A stretch of DNA of 59,633 bases, filler included, from Catajapyx aquilonaris (lineage: Eukaryota): NCBI GenBank assembly GCA_000934665.2. It is 2 parts of 2 records of this genome, joined end to end, with 100 filler letters (N's around TTAATTAATTAA, not from the genome) between each part and the next. Parts side by side here need not be neighbours in the genome. Positions count along the whole stretch, not along the records: positions 29,861 to 59,633 come from KZ539208.1; 1 more part is not named here. The stretch is one strand, 5' to 3'. Positions 38,199 through 50,300 of this stretch are shown one piece after another (the first letter of the stretch is position 1; every line of letters begins with the position of its first letter). A model generated the notes under the pieces. That model was not told the DNA's origin. It did not search any database and worked only from the letters and a program-made list of their open reading frames with translations. A program made the position numbers and the translations under genes.

Positions 38199-41100
38199 AT
38201 GAAAATCTATGATATCCCCAAGTGGATTGAAGAGAACAAGAAATACTTTGCTCCTCCTGTCGGAAATAAGCTCTTGTAAGTACTTGCAGTGTAAGAGAGA
38301 TGCTAAACTTCATGCTGTCTCATAAACTTAATAAGCTATTCCATACCAACAAAATTTTCTGTGTTTATCAAATTATGTGACAGATAGTGTAATTTTCCCC
38401 ATCTTTGACAAAACACGCAATCAAAATAAAACTAGAATTAATATTGCACATACTCAAAAGAATTGAAGACGTCACTTGCCCATGGGCCCAAGTCCACGAG
38501 ATGAAATTTTTCAGGAGAGACTAAAAACTGCATATATGATACATTCCGAGTTTCACGGTTTATGATGCTCATATTGCACCCCATTATACACACCTAGTGG
38601 CATAAACATCATCTACTAGAAAGCAATAGGTCAGAGTCTATTGAAGGTCAAAATCAGTGGACAGCAAATCGTCACATTCAACTCTTCATCTTCACCAGGG
38701 CTGTGAGGCCCGACTCCAAGAGTAAGAATCCACAATAAAACAGTTTTTTGACATTTTCGAGTTGGGCCCTTTGGCAAGTGACGTCTTCAATATTTTAAGC
38801 TACATGTTTAGTGAGAATCATTCTAACCTGGCCACAAATACCCTCTCTGATTGAGTGTGCTTCCCCCAGCTACACTTTGCCACAATATGCATGCCAGGAA
38901 CTTATTAATTTGCATTTCCATATGCTACAGTATATTCAATGTATATTTTTAGCAGGGTTTACAACCAACAACATGCCCAATATTTTATTATTCCGACTTG
39001 AACTCATGATATATTCAATTCCAGGCACAATGAACAACTCAAGGTCTTTTTTGTGGGAGGTCCCAACCAAAGAAAAGACTTCCACCTGGAATGTGGGGAG
39101 GAATTTTTTTACCAATTGCAAGGTGACATGAACCTGGTGGTTCAGGAAGGGAACACTTTCCGAGACATACCAATTAAGGAAGGGGAGGTAGGCTAATGCA
39201 CATTTAAAAAAATATTGCTCTTATTAATTCTCACCTAGCTAAACTTGTTTAAGACTGAGCAGCACACTGTAAAACCAGAATTCTACTTGGACAGTAAACA
39301 TTCTGTATAATATGCATGTAATAGCTCTGTAGTGATTATCATTTATCAGTAAATGAATTAAATCCACAGGTTTTTCTACTTCCCGGAAAAATTCCGCATT
39401 CTCCACAACGCAAAGAAAATACAGTTGGGCTGGTCATTGAGAGAGAGAGAAAGCTGACTGAGCATGACGCTGTCAGGTCAGTTATCAAGTGTCATTATTC
39501 CTGTCTAGAGGTCAGTGTAATCTACAGTATATGATGTGCTTGAAATTGTGCCAATTCACAGTGGCAGAGGACATGTGTAACTGCCATCCGTAGCTATAAA
39601 TATCAATCTTATGTGAGTTGGACTGTTTTACTGACATTCTTTGCACTCTTTAATGTAGCACACATTGTTAAAAGCTCTTGAAGTCATGAAATGCAGCAAT
39701 CAAACAGTTAATTTGGTCTAAATACAGTTGGGCATTCTTCCATGTAGTCCTTGACATGTACTTATTCTGTTGGTCAAGTCAGTTATCTGCTACAGAAATT
39801 AGAATCTCCCTTGATAAAGGTTTGGAAACAGCACTTATGCTCACACATGTGGGAAGCAATAACAGTATAAATACTTAAGTAACAGCAACTACTAGAAGCA
39901 CCAATATTGCAGGGAAAAACTACAAGCATGCTAGGTCAAAGGTAACAGGAATAAATAATGAATAACAAAAATTCAAAATTTCCATCATAAGTAGATTTGA
40001 GATATAGTCAAATATAAAATGGTTATGCATAAAGGGTATTAATAAGGCATTTGGCAACAATAATATTCTCCTTTTCATAAAATAATGAAGATAATGCTTC
40101 CATCAAATCATCCTTCACAAGGAGGCATGCTAAAAAAGTTCGAGCCTCTCTTGTCAACATGAAGGCGCAGTTTAAAGGTGATCAATCAGTAAAAAGAAAT
40201 TTTCACATGTGGTATTGAAAATTAGGAGAAGGGATATGAAAGAGGCTGATAGAGAAACAGAAATTCCAATTGGTCTAGGCTCAACATTACACACTTTGGA
40301 AGGTATCATTTTGATGATGACGATGATGACGATGATGATGATGAAGATGATTATGATGATGGATACACCGTGATAAGCCTCCTTGGGCTTATTAGTAGAT
40401 CATCTTTTAATTTACCGACTTTAATCATTGCCTTTGCTGTGGTGAATTTTGATAATGGGAGGAAATGAAAGAACCCCGAGAAAACCCACGCGAGCACAGA
40501 GAGAACCCATCGACACTCTATCTACATAGTCATCCTATGTCCGATCCGGAGATCTAACTTGGGATCTTAGAGGTGGAAGGCTGTGGTGCTAACCACTACA
40601 CCACCTAAATCATTTTGAAAATTTACATTGACATGTAACATCTGAACTATTTAAAAATCTTGATTTGGGTTCTATGAAAGAGTTATCCTGGCCCCAAGAG
40701 GTTATAAGTGTTGGTGCCATCCACAACAAACTACTGGATCAGTTTGACATGGAAGAAAGAGTTCTGTCAATGGACCAGGTAGAGGAGGAAAACGATTCTC
40801 TCAACTATCCAATGAGTTCTTGAATTCCCTGAACCCATTGGGTATGCCTGCTCATAAACAGCCATGAAAACTGGAGCTCTAGTCACACGCCTCCAAAACT
40901 TAAATCCTCCTAAGTTTTGTAACAGAACTTGTTTGCAAGTGCAGTCCTTGATGCTTAATGTAGTAGAAGCAATTATACCATCCTCATTTGACATTGGTCA
41001 ATAACAATGCTATCAATGATTTTAAAACACTTGAAAACTGGCCATTCACATAGGAGATAAATATTATGTTGAGGAACAGCGACTGTCATTGGTATGATCC

Positions 41101-42330
41101 CTCGCATGCTATTTACAGCAGTGTCATCACTTTTTTAAAAAACTCATATTTTGTTTCAGTTTATTAGTAAGTGCATAAAATGTCTCGCACAATGTCTCAA
41201 TATATTGTACATTGTAAAATGAATCAGAATGCAAAGTTTTAAAAAATCTCCCCTTCACACCTATTATGGCTATATGATACATGTTACAATATTTAATTAC
41301 TAATAGTATAGATTATAGACTATAGACTATATAGCACATTATTTAATCAAAGACTGATATATACGGGGTGAAGGGAAACTCATGGACAATCGCCACGTAG
41401 ACTGATAGTACTCATAAAACTAATATCAGGATGTGCAATTAGTTTTGGGTCCCGTTGGACAGTTACTGCTTACTGCGCCGTCAATGTTTTGTGACTTCAT
41501 ATCCGTTCCGCCAGCTTCTCAGAACCAATAGTCAGTTCGAGGGCCCCCTTTGCCTTGGTCCCCTAACACATCGACCATGCGCAAAAAGTTATCAAATCCC
41601 ATCAGAGTAAGAATCCAGGTACGACACCTGTACACTTTGTCGTTTTTGCCTCATATTCCACCATCCGGCCCTCTACACTTTAAGGGCGCTGTACACATTA
41701 ACTACGCAATGGAGCCAAAAACTAATTGCACATCCCAATATTAGTTTTGCGAGTACTACAAGTTTACCTGGCGATTGTCGCGAGTTTCCCTTCACCCTGT
41801 ATTATGAATTAAAGCTAGGTATCCTATGTTGCAGGTATTTCCAGGATGGCTCAACTTCAATCCTGTTTGAAAGATGGTTTTACTGTGATGACCTAGGAAC
41901 GCAGCTGGTGCCTTTGATACGAGAATTTATGGCCTCAGAAGAGAACAAAACAGGGAAGCCAAAAGAAGGAAGCATCAATCTGAACCCTCCTTACCAACCA
42001 GATTCTGGTCGGAAGCTGGAAGATCCCTTCCCTTTGAAACCATGGCTGAATGCACATCTTGAGGAGATTCACTCAAAGGGTTATAAGCATCTGTTTGAAG
42101 GAGACTACAAGTCTGAAGTCATTGTATTGGGCCAAGGCACTTTTGACTGGAATTGTGAGCAGGGAGACACATGGATCTGGCAACTGGAGGGCAAGTCCAA
42201 CTTAACCGTGGATGGAATCAGTTCTGTTCTGGAGTTAAACAATTCGGCATTGATTCCCAAAGGGGCCAGCATTGTTACTAAGAGAGATGGGAAGGATCTA
42301 GCTATATTGGTCACTATGGACCCCAAGTAG
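38199..42330 (+). CDS. HAAO: 3-hydroxyanthranilate 3,4-dioxygenase (exons 38199-38275, 39025-39187, 39370-39476, 41835-42330)
   Basis: [25 protein letters not shown]...[36 protein letters not shown], and a second cupin domain with WIWQLEG. Confidence 0.95.
38462..38791. mobile_element. Unclassified MITE in HAAO intron 1
   Basis: TIRs ATTGAAGACGTCACTTGCC..GGGCCCAA at both ends. Confidence 0.7.
40315..40608 (-). mobile_element. tRNA-derived SINE family 1, copy b
   Basis: Homologous to 33790 and 52827; (CAT)n tail; flanking direct repeat ATCATTTTGA. Confidence 0.85.
41364..41799. mobile_element. Tc1/mariner-type MITE
   Basis: About 90-bp imperfect TIRs starting C(G/A)GGGTGAAGGGAAACTC; TA TSD. 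Confidence 0.8.
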
Positions 42331-43209
42331 ATATGTCCAGTGTCATACTAACAATCAAGGATATTGTAAGAATAAAGATGCAAGTAATTAGGGTCGTATG
42401 GCATCAATTACTATCATGGTGTTCACGATCAGTGCACAGTATAACAAAACCTGCACTGATCCATATACTAACAACACTTGTAGTCTGTTTACAGCAAAAT
42501 TTTGACTTCGGGACTGCTTCATAAAAGTGGAATAACCCTAATGCTTAGAAAGTTTCTCGACCCGTGGTTTTTGAAATATCCCATCAACAGTGTTTGAAAT
42601 GTCAGTATAACTTGTTTAAAAAATTGTCTGCATCAACAACAAAATAAAAGTATATGAATTAAATGGGTACATTCCTTTGATTATTCTCTTATATTCACAT
42701 GTAAAAACCTATACACCTCAATGGTTATCTTTTTGGATGATTGAGTCTCCCTTTCAAACTTGTTGGAAGAAGTAAATTCAACTCTGTGCCAAAATATTCT
42801 GCTGGCAAGGACTATACCCAACTAGACCCGGCCTCCATCAGGTTTGCTATGAATGTGTTTCAGAGTGGGCCATGGTCCCTCCCTGAATAAATAGGATCAG
42901 TTCCTTTCTGCTGCCCAACTTCAATTAGTTTCTAATAACTTTCACATTCATGGTGTCATTGTTGCAGTAGTAACTACCATTGACCACTTCTTCCTCATCA
43001 AGAAACATCAATTTCTCATTTCCATACATTGCCAACATAATGTAAACCTGGCTTAAAAAATTAAACCTTAAATGTGGTAGGTATTCTCTGTAATTATGAT
43101 TGCAACTTGTATATTATTTAAGATGATGTGGTAATGCCACTACAGCAACAGGATTTCCAGTAGCCTAACTGGTATGATTTTCTTTGTGCCTATAAAAATC
43201 AGAAAGTTT

Positions 43210-43758
43210 AAGGTGCACTCACATATCCGTGATCCTGTGCCTTGCGACTGATTTGGTGCCCCTGTCACCGGTGACGGAGCGTTCACGTATCCACCACGCG
43301 ATGTCCCGGCGACGGCGTCCGCTCTCCGCGACCAATTTGTTGCCAGTTACATGGATCTGCTAGATACAGATACTGGTGATTGAGGCACACGATCGCAGGT
43401 CACGTGGTTGCCATTTTGGCCAAAAACTTAATTTTACTTTTAGAAACGTCCATGGAGCTGGCCACTGACCATAGCAGATGGCCGGTTGTAGGTTTGTCTG
43501 AGAAATATGCCTTCCAAGTTCAAAGCCTGTACTTTGAGAGATGCGGCGGGTGGAGGCAGGCGGAGCTTCGATCTTTGTTTTTGGGACATGGGATCGTGTG
43601 GAGGGGGATATGTGAATGTGGCAGAATGCGGGAACGATTCCGTGCCCCAACCAGCTCTGGAACTGAGCTCCCAGCAGCTGGGCGATCTCATGCCCATGAC
43701 ACGACAGAGGCGTGTCGTCGCCGACGCGGTTGCAATAGCGGATATGTGAATGCACCTT
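43210..43758. mobile_element. Harbinger-like non-autonomous element
   Basis: TIRs AAGGTGCA(C/T)TCACATATCCG; internal repeats of the same motif; TWA-like flanks. Confidence 0.65.
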
Positions 43759-44954
43759 ATTCCCATTAAGGGACACACGTTGCCATTATTTAACTTTCAG
43801 TCAAAAGTTTACAAAGTACAAGAAATGAAATTGTAAATGACTTTTTCAGACAGTTTAATCAGACTCTTAAAATTACTGCCTGGGCCTTTTTCATGGATGT
43901 ATTTGCATACTATAGACCTGTCTCTTTTAATTTTGAGTCATCACAAGGCAAAGCAAAAGGAGCCAAAATATGGGAGATTGGTACAGTAAAATGTCAATTG
44001 GAATTTGCAAAACTCATGTGATATTATTTAGGAATACCATCTCTGCTGTCTCACGTTTGATATCAGGATGAGGCAGCCGATTTTCCCATGTAAGAAAAGC
44101 TTTGACTCCGTACAATGCAAAAGCATGTTAGATCCACTAGGAGTTGTAGAGAAGTCACTGAAATCACTGTCATGAGGTGAGTGCAACCATTTATTTCACC
44201 AAGTAACATATTTCTGAGCAAGGAAAGCTACAATGGGGACACAATGACATCTTTCTCCAGTTGAATACACTTGAAATTTTCCAGGATCTAGGGAGATTAA
44301 TTTAATCACCCCATGCATGTGACAATGCAGTATAGCCATTGCTGCTGTTGCACCATTAAAAATTCAATTGATTGATCAATCAATCATGATGACAGGTGCA
44401 ATAGATCAATAGGTCTAACCATTGAACCTGACAACCTTGGTAATAAGGTGTTTTAGTCACTTTGACACAGCTTACACACCCAAATTGAAGAATCCCTTTG
44501 CACATGGGACAATGCATTTTCAAAGGGGTTTCCAGGGCCCAATCTGGACAGAAAAATGGCAATAGAACGACAATGCCACTGGACATATTTTCGGACATAT
44601 TATATATTTTGCAATTATACAGGCCTGGAGAAAATGCCACACCAGTTGTATGGTACCTGTTGGCACATCCTATCACAAGAAATACATTTAGTTCTTAACA
44701 AAGTTACTATACAAAATACCCAGAACAAAACAAGAACAAAAAACCAAATGCAACATGATGAATTTAGTTGTAACAAGAAATGTTTCATTCCCATGTACAT
44801 GTTAGCAAGCATTGCAAGCAGAGAACATGACTATGTTACCTATTTGATAATATTTATTCGCATTACCAAAAAATAACCAGGCCACCAGATTACCAGATAG
44901 CCCTAGATTCGTTGGCTCCTTCCCAATCAAAACAAACCTTTAACAAAGAGTATA

Positions 44955-45882
44955 CAGGGGTTAGACAAAATTAAGGGACCCCTGCAAAAAGCAGGTGAAT
45001 TTTCTCCCCCATTGTACTCGAAAACTGGAAAGGTTACAGAGATGACCTTTACTGATTTTTGAAGCTCTGTCGATGTACATTTACAGACATGAAAATGACC
45101 AAAAATCACAAGAGGAGGGGGAGAAACAAAAGACAAACGATACCCCCCCCCCCCCCCGATCCCATCTTTGACCAAAGTGGCCCACCCTTTTTATTTGAAA
45201 ACGAAAACAGTTATAGATATGAACTTTACTGGGTTTTGAAGCTCTGTCGAAGTCACTTGTGTGGAATAGAGACGAACCAAACTTACCGACAGGGGGCGGG
45301 AGGAAAAATAGAAACGGCACCCCTCTTCCCCGGCACTGCTTGAATGAAAACAATGAAATTTTTTCGCCCCACTGCCAGTTAATGCTAACTTAGCAGTACC
45401 AGTGCCAAATATGGTACTGGTACTGCTAAGTTAGTAGTAACTAGCAGTGGGACGAAAATTCGACCCAAACTTACTATACATTATTTTGTCCAACCTCTTA
45501 GATTTAGTGCCGGGGAAGGGGGTTGCCATTTATATTTTTCCTCCCTCCCCGTCGGTAATTTAGGTCCATGTCTGTTCTACACAAGTGACATCGATGGAGC
45601 TTCAAAACCCAGCAAAGTTCATATCTGTAACTGTTTTAGTTTTCAAATGAAAAGGGTGCGACACTTCGGTCAAAAATGGGGTCTGGGGGGGGTAGCGTTC
45701 GTCTTTTGTTTCTCCCACTCCTCTTGTGATCTTCGTGTCATCTTCATGTTTGTAAATGTACATCGACAGTGCTTCAAAAATTAGTACACGTCATCTTTTT
45801 AACCTTTCCAGTTTTCGAGTAAAATGGAGGAGAAAATTCGCCCGCTTTTTTCAGGGGTCCCTGTTATTTTGTCCAACCCCTG
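44955..45882. mobile_element. Long foldback Tc1/mariner-type MITE
   Basis: TA-CAGGGGTT(A/G)GACAAAAT termini, diverged inverted arms of about 400 bp, central palindrome at about 45356-45460. Confidence 0.85.
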
Positions 45883-46111
45883 TAGCCTGTACATATCCAC
45901 TGCTTCAATTTCAGTACATTTTAAAACAACATAACGTAACAGAAACTTGAGGGAATGTGTGCACAAGAGTTAATATAATCTTGAAAAGTATGTAACGTCT
46001 CTGAAGCCCTTCTTGCTGAGATTGCCACATCACCCACCCCAACACACACAGACTTGTGCTCAATAAGCTATGGGTACGTTGAAGACTCAACTTTTCAAAG
46101 CTAGTGTAAAG

Positions 46112-46330
46112 TAACCTTACCTAACCTAACCTACCCAACCCTAACTAACCTAGGCTGAGAGAAATGGACTTTTGTGAAACCCTAAAAATCAAAATTGTGG
46201 GGACGTGTCCCCACTAAAACGGTAACATTATGGTCTGTGAAGATGTGGGGACCCAAAATGTCCCCACAAGAGAAATTGTGGGGACAGTAGTCCCCACAGT
46301 TACAGTAAAAACGCATACTTCTGGTCCCAC
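46112..46330. repeat. Degenerate (TAACC)n tract followed by TGTGGGGAC/GTCCCCAC motifs (probable DNA transposon remnant)
   Basis: Read directly from the sequence. Confidence 0.5.
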
Positions 46331-46374
46331 AGCTTATTGAAGACAAGAACACACACACACACATAATTATACAA

Positions 46375-46675
46375 TCTATATAAATAAAGCCGTATGTGAG
46401 TCTGTCTGTCTGTCCGCCTGCCAACCGTCATTTCCCTGCCATCTGTGCTCCACCCCCAGGCCAGGAGAGGATGGAGATGTTGGGGGTTGACTACAGATGG
46501 CAGGCAAATGACGGTTGCCGTTATACAGGTGGGAGAGGTTGAAGGTGTTGGAGTAGCAGGACCACAGATGGCATTGGTGGGCGGACACACAGCAAGACAG
46601 ACAGCTGACGGGGGTACTGGCAGGTGTTTTCCCTTCATTCATTTCTTCCCGGGCAACGCCGGGTGCCGCAGCTAT
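46375..46675 (+). mobile_element. Non-autonomous Helitron
   Basis: 5' A|TCTATATAAATAAA, (GTCT)n microsatellite, 3' hairpin CCCGGGCAACGCCGGG followed by AGCTAT (degenerate CTAG). Confidence 0.7.
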
Positions 46676-47370
46676 CTGCCATAAATAAAAAACCATTAAA
46701 TATGAAACAAAGTAATTGTGTCTCTTGCCTCCCATTAATTAACTACACTACATCAATGACAAAGAATCTCGAACAAACTTGCAGCGAATAAAACTAACAC
46801 AATGCTGTTTACCTAAGGCAAAAAAAAAGTTATAATCCTTTGGGATGGCCAAACACCATTTTTGCGAAGTAGTGGTTCAAAATGGTTCCAACTTTTCAAG
46901 TAGAAGCCAATCACAAGTGTCCCCACCCAAATGCTATTACTAAACTTAACAGACCTCTCTTTTTCGTCAACTAAATAACAAATTAACAAAATCAAATTAC
47001 AACTGCCAGGCTAGCAGAATCTAGACCTGAGAATATGAACCAAAAAAATGACAGTATGTTAAATACTGTGAACATGAATAGATGACATCACAAGCATCAC
47101 ATAATGTCAAGTTACCCAGATACAAAAATCAAAAAGACAGAAATAAATATATCTCGCGCCTTTTTAACACAATAATTAAACTGATATTCTCCGCTGTGCA
47201 CTTCGATTTATTCCTAAATGTGAGAAATCCAATTAACTTCCTCTTCCTGTTTCTTAATTTATTTTCCGAAATCTATCACATGAGCTTGACACTCACTTCC
47301 TTGAGGGACTGATGACTAACACTTGACATTTCTGTACAATTTTTTTGAAAATATATCCTCTACTTTCACT

Positions 47371-50300
47371 TTACCGGTAAGTGTGGTAACCATAACCACC
47401 AGCGGCATCATACGCACCACCTCCACCCCCACCTCCTCTCCCCCTCTCAAATCCCCCTCTCCCTCTCCCTCCTCCTCCCCTTCCCCCCCTCCCACCCCTC
47501 CTGACCTCATAACCATCATACTGCCTGTCCTCCTTTCCTCCCCACCCTCCTCCACCACCAGAGTACTCAGCACCACCCTGGGTCCAATTGCTCTGTCCTC
47601 TTCCTCCTCTCCCACCATACCCACCACTTGCACCTCTCTCNNNNNNNNNNNNNNNNNNNNNNNNNNNNNNCCACCTCCTCTTCCGCCACCACTACCACCT
47701 CTTCCTCCACCACCTTGAGGGGGTCCAGGTTGGCGCTGCTGCCAGCTGGGCATCTCTGGGGGAGGTGCCTGCATTTCATTTGGTCGCCCACCACGATCAG
47801 GCACCTGGAAAAGGAATTCAAACTTCACTGGAAGACCAGCCAGTCTTACACTCCTACGCAGGGATGGAAAAAGAACCGCTTCTTTGGGCGGTAAGCGGTT
47901 CTTTTTCTATCCCTGCACATGGAAAAAAGAAGCGCTTCTTGGAAGGAAGCGGTACTTTTTCCATCCCTGCTCCTACGCTTATGTTGTGTTGAGTAGGCCT
48001 ATATTAAAATTGCAATGCTTGGGGGCTGCTGTAAATCTGCATTGGAGCAGAGACATAAGGATCATTAGAGAGCTGCTCATGACATAAGGGACTTATCTGC
48101 AGATTTTGTTATTGGGGGAGGGGGGGGGAAAGGAACATTGCCGATTAGAACCAATCCCTGCAGATGTGGAGGGCCCACTGTACATATATGTGAAATAAAT
48201 CTGAATTTGTTCACAAGTTACTGATTTTATGTACATGTAATGATGACGCAGAGAGCAGTGCTGATGGGCCAAGCAAAAACCTCATATCTTCCAAAATCAT
48301 GTAAATGGAGATAAATGCACCATTCCACTCCTTTTGCAATCCATACCTCTTGTTATAAATCTTGTAACTGTAGGAGCAATCCTTGCAAAGTTTTGGCTGC
48401 ATCGAAACCATGCACTCGCATATATATGATAATGGAACATCCAACTTCAAAAGCAAATACAGTATCTCAAAATGACAAAAAGCCTAATTACAGGGTTTTG
48501 GGCCATCACAGTGGTGACTCGCATTTCAAATTTAATTCATTCTAGGAGACCCTTCAAACTCTGAATTGTCGAAGTCTGAATAAATCTTTCCCATTAGAAA
48601 TAATGGAAACTGAATCAATCAGTTCCCAGACCATAAACAATACCCATTTCAATAAACTTAAAACAGTAAATGCATATAATTTAAGGTAAAAATAACACAA
48701 TTAAATGCCAGGTAGGTAGGGGTATACAGGCTCAGAATTGGCCGCTAGGTAAGGGACCAGCTATCTTACGTTCCAAGACTACAGCGCCGCCACGGCAATC
48801 GCCCTTGGTGGGGAGAAGAGCTGAGCTCACAGGGGGAGCCATATACCTGGTATGTGAGTGACCGGCACTGGGGTTATACAGGGTGTTCCAAGTATTTGGG
48901 TCACTTCTTGATAACTGATATAGCCCAATAGCAGTTATCAAGAAGTGACCCAAATACTTCGAACACCCTGTATATAATCAGGCACACCAAAAATAAAGCG
49001 AAAAAAGCACTGAAAACACATGAGCATAACGCAAGAAATGCTTTCACAGCAAGACCGAGAGATGACTTGGGTGCACAACAGTTGGTGTTTATGCAGCGAG
49101 TGCAGTTCGAACTCTGGATCAAATTTCTCTAGAATTTAGTGTTTGAACTCTGGAATGTTCGAAGTTAGGGTCCTTCGAAGCACGAGATTCCACTGTATTG
49201 TTTACCTTCATGTCTGAAGTGTAAACAAGACATACCACAAAACAGAGATCAACATGGATGTATCACACAATGTGTTGGTGTGCAACTACCCCCATTTAAG
49301 CAGGCACCCAATTATCAACTGATCCTGTGTCAAAACAGGGTATCAAATTATTAATGGATACCCAGGGCCTGACTGAAATAATCAATTGCCACGGGTATAT
49401 CATTGCCATCATTGGAAATTGGATCCTCTGATTACCTGACACTGACCCAAAATACTCAAGTATAGTATTCAATTCTTTCTGGGTATTCAGGTCTTCCTAG
49501 CCTAGCTTCATTAAAAGCCATCTGAATTGAATCATGGAAATCAAAACCGTGCCATGTTGCATTTTCAAGATTTGCGAATCTCGACATTATTGATAGAAGC
49601 CTATAATAACGAAAATACGGATCTCACGTATGTGATATTGGTATCCCCGGCAAGATGTGGCGAAACTGTCGACATACCAGGTGGTATGACCCCCTTGAGT
49701 TAAACGACGACTGAAAGGCAAGGGACAATTGCCCCCCCCCCCCCCCAACCCCACAGGGCCCGAAAAAAACATAGTGCGGTTTCCACACATTTCCACACAT
49801 TCATGGTATGTAAAACCACACTATGTTGAGCGAAAATAAAATTAATGGTGCATGGAACTAGCAATTATGATTCGCAAAATAGAGTGCGGGAAAAGTAGTT
49901 CCGGCGAAACTGAACCCATACCAGGTGGTTCGTCGCTCGTCGCTCGAGCAGTATAGCCAGTGGTTCCCTGAGAATGCACGTCTGGCACCTCCCACTTTTT
50001 AAATTTCCACAAACTCCTGGTTGCCAGACAGCAAAAGTGACTTTCTCCTTGGAGCATGCGTGGAAATTTGAAAAGTGGGAGGTGGCAGACATGCATTCTC
50101 AGGGAAACGCTGGCTCTAGATGTATGGTGATCAGTAGTAGTACATCCCCCACCTGCAACTCACCCTGAACATAGCACGGTTTTAGGTTCCATGGAATATT
50201 GAATGAAAAGGAACACGAATTGACCAAAAAGTACATGGAATGTAGGTCCTAATATGCGACACACCTCTATACATATTTAGAAGACTGCATGTGTCACTGG

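Noticed and set aside
43360..43778. Four overlapping ORFs on both strands
   Set aside because: They lie in the GC-rich interior of a TIR element and show no recognisable protein motifs.
46112..46152. (TAACC)n as an interstitial telomere
   Set aside because: Short, degenerate and embedded among transposon-like subterminal motifs.
47641..47670. Apparent frameshift in the last FAM98 exon
   Set aside because: It falls in an N gap of estimated length; the RGG-rich frame resumes at 47640 and ends at 47371.
48740..48870. GC-rich segment considered as an HDV-like ribozyme; CTGATGA hits considered as hammerheads
   Set aside because: I could not assemble the required stems by eye; a covariance-model search would be needed.
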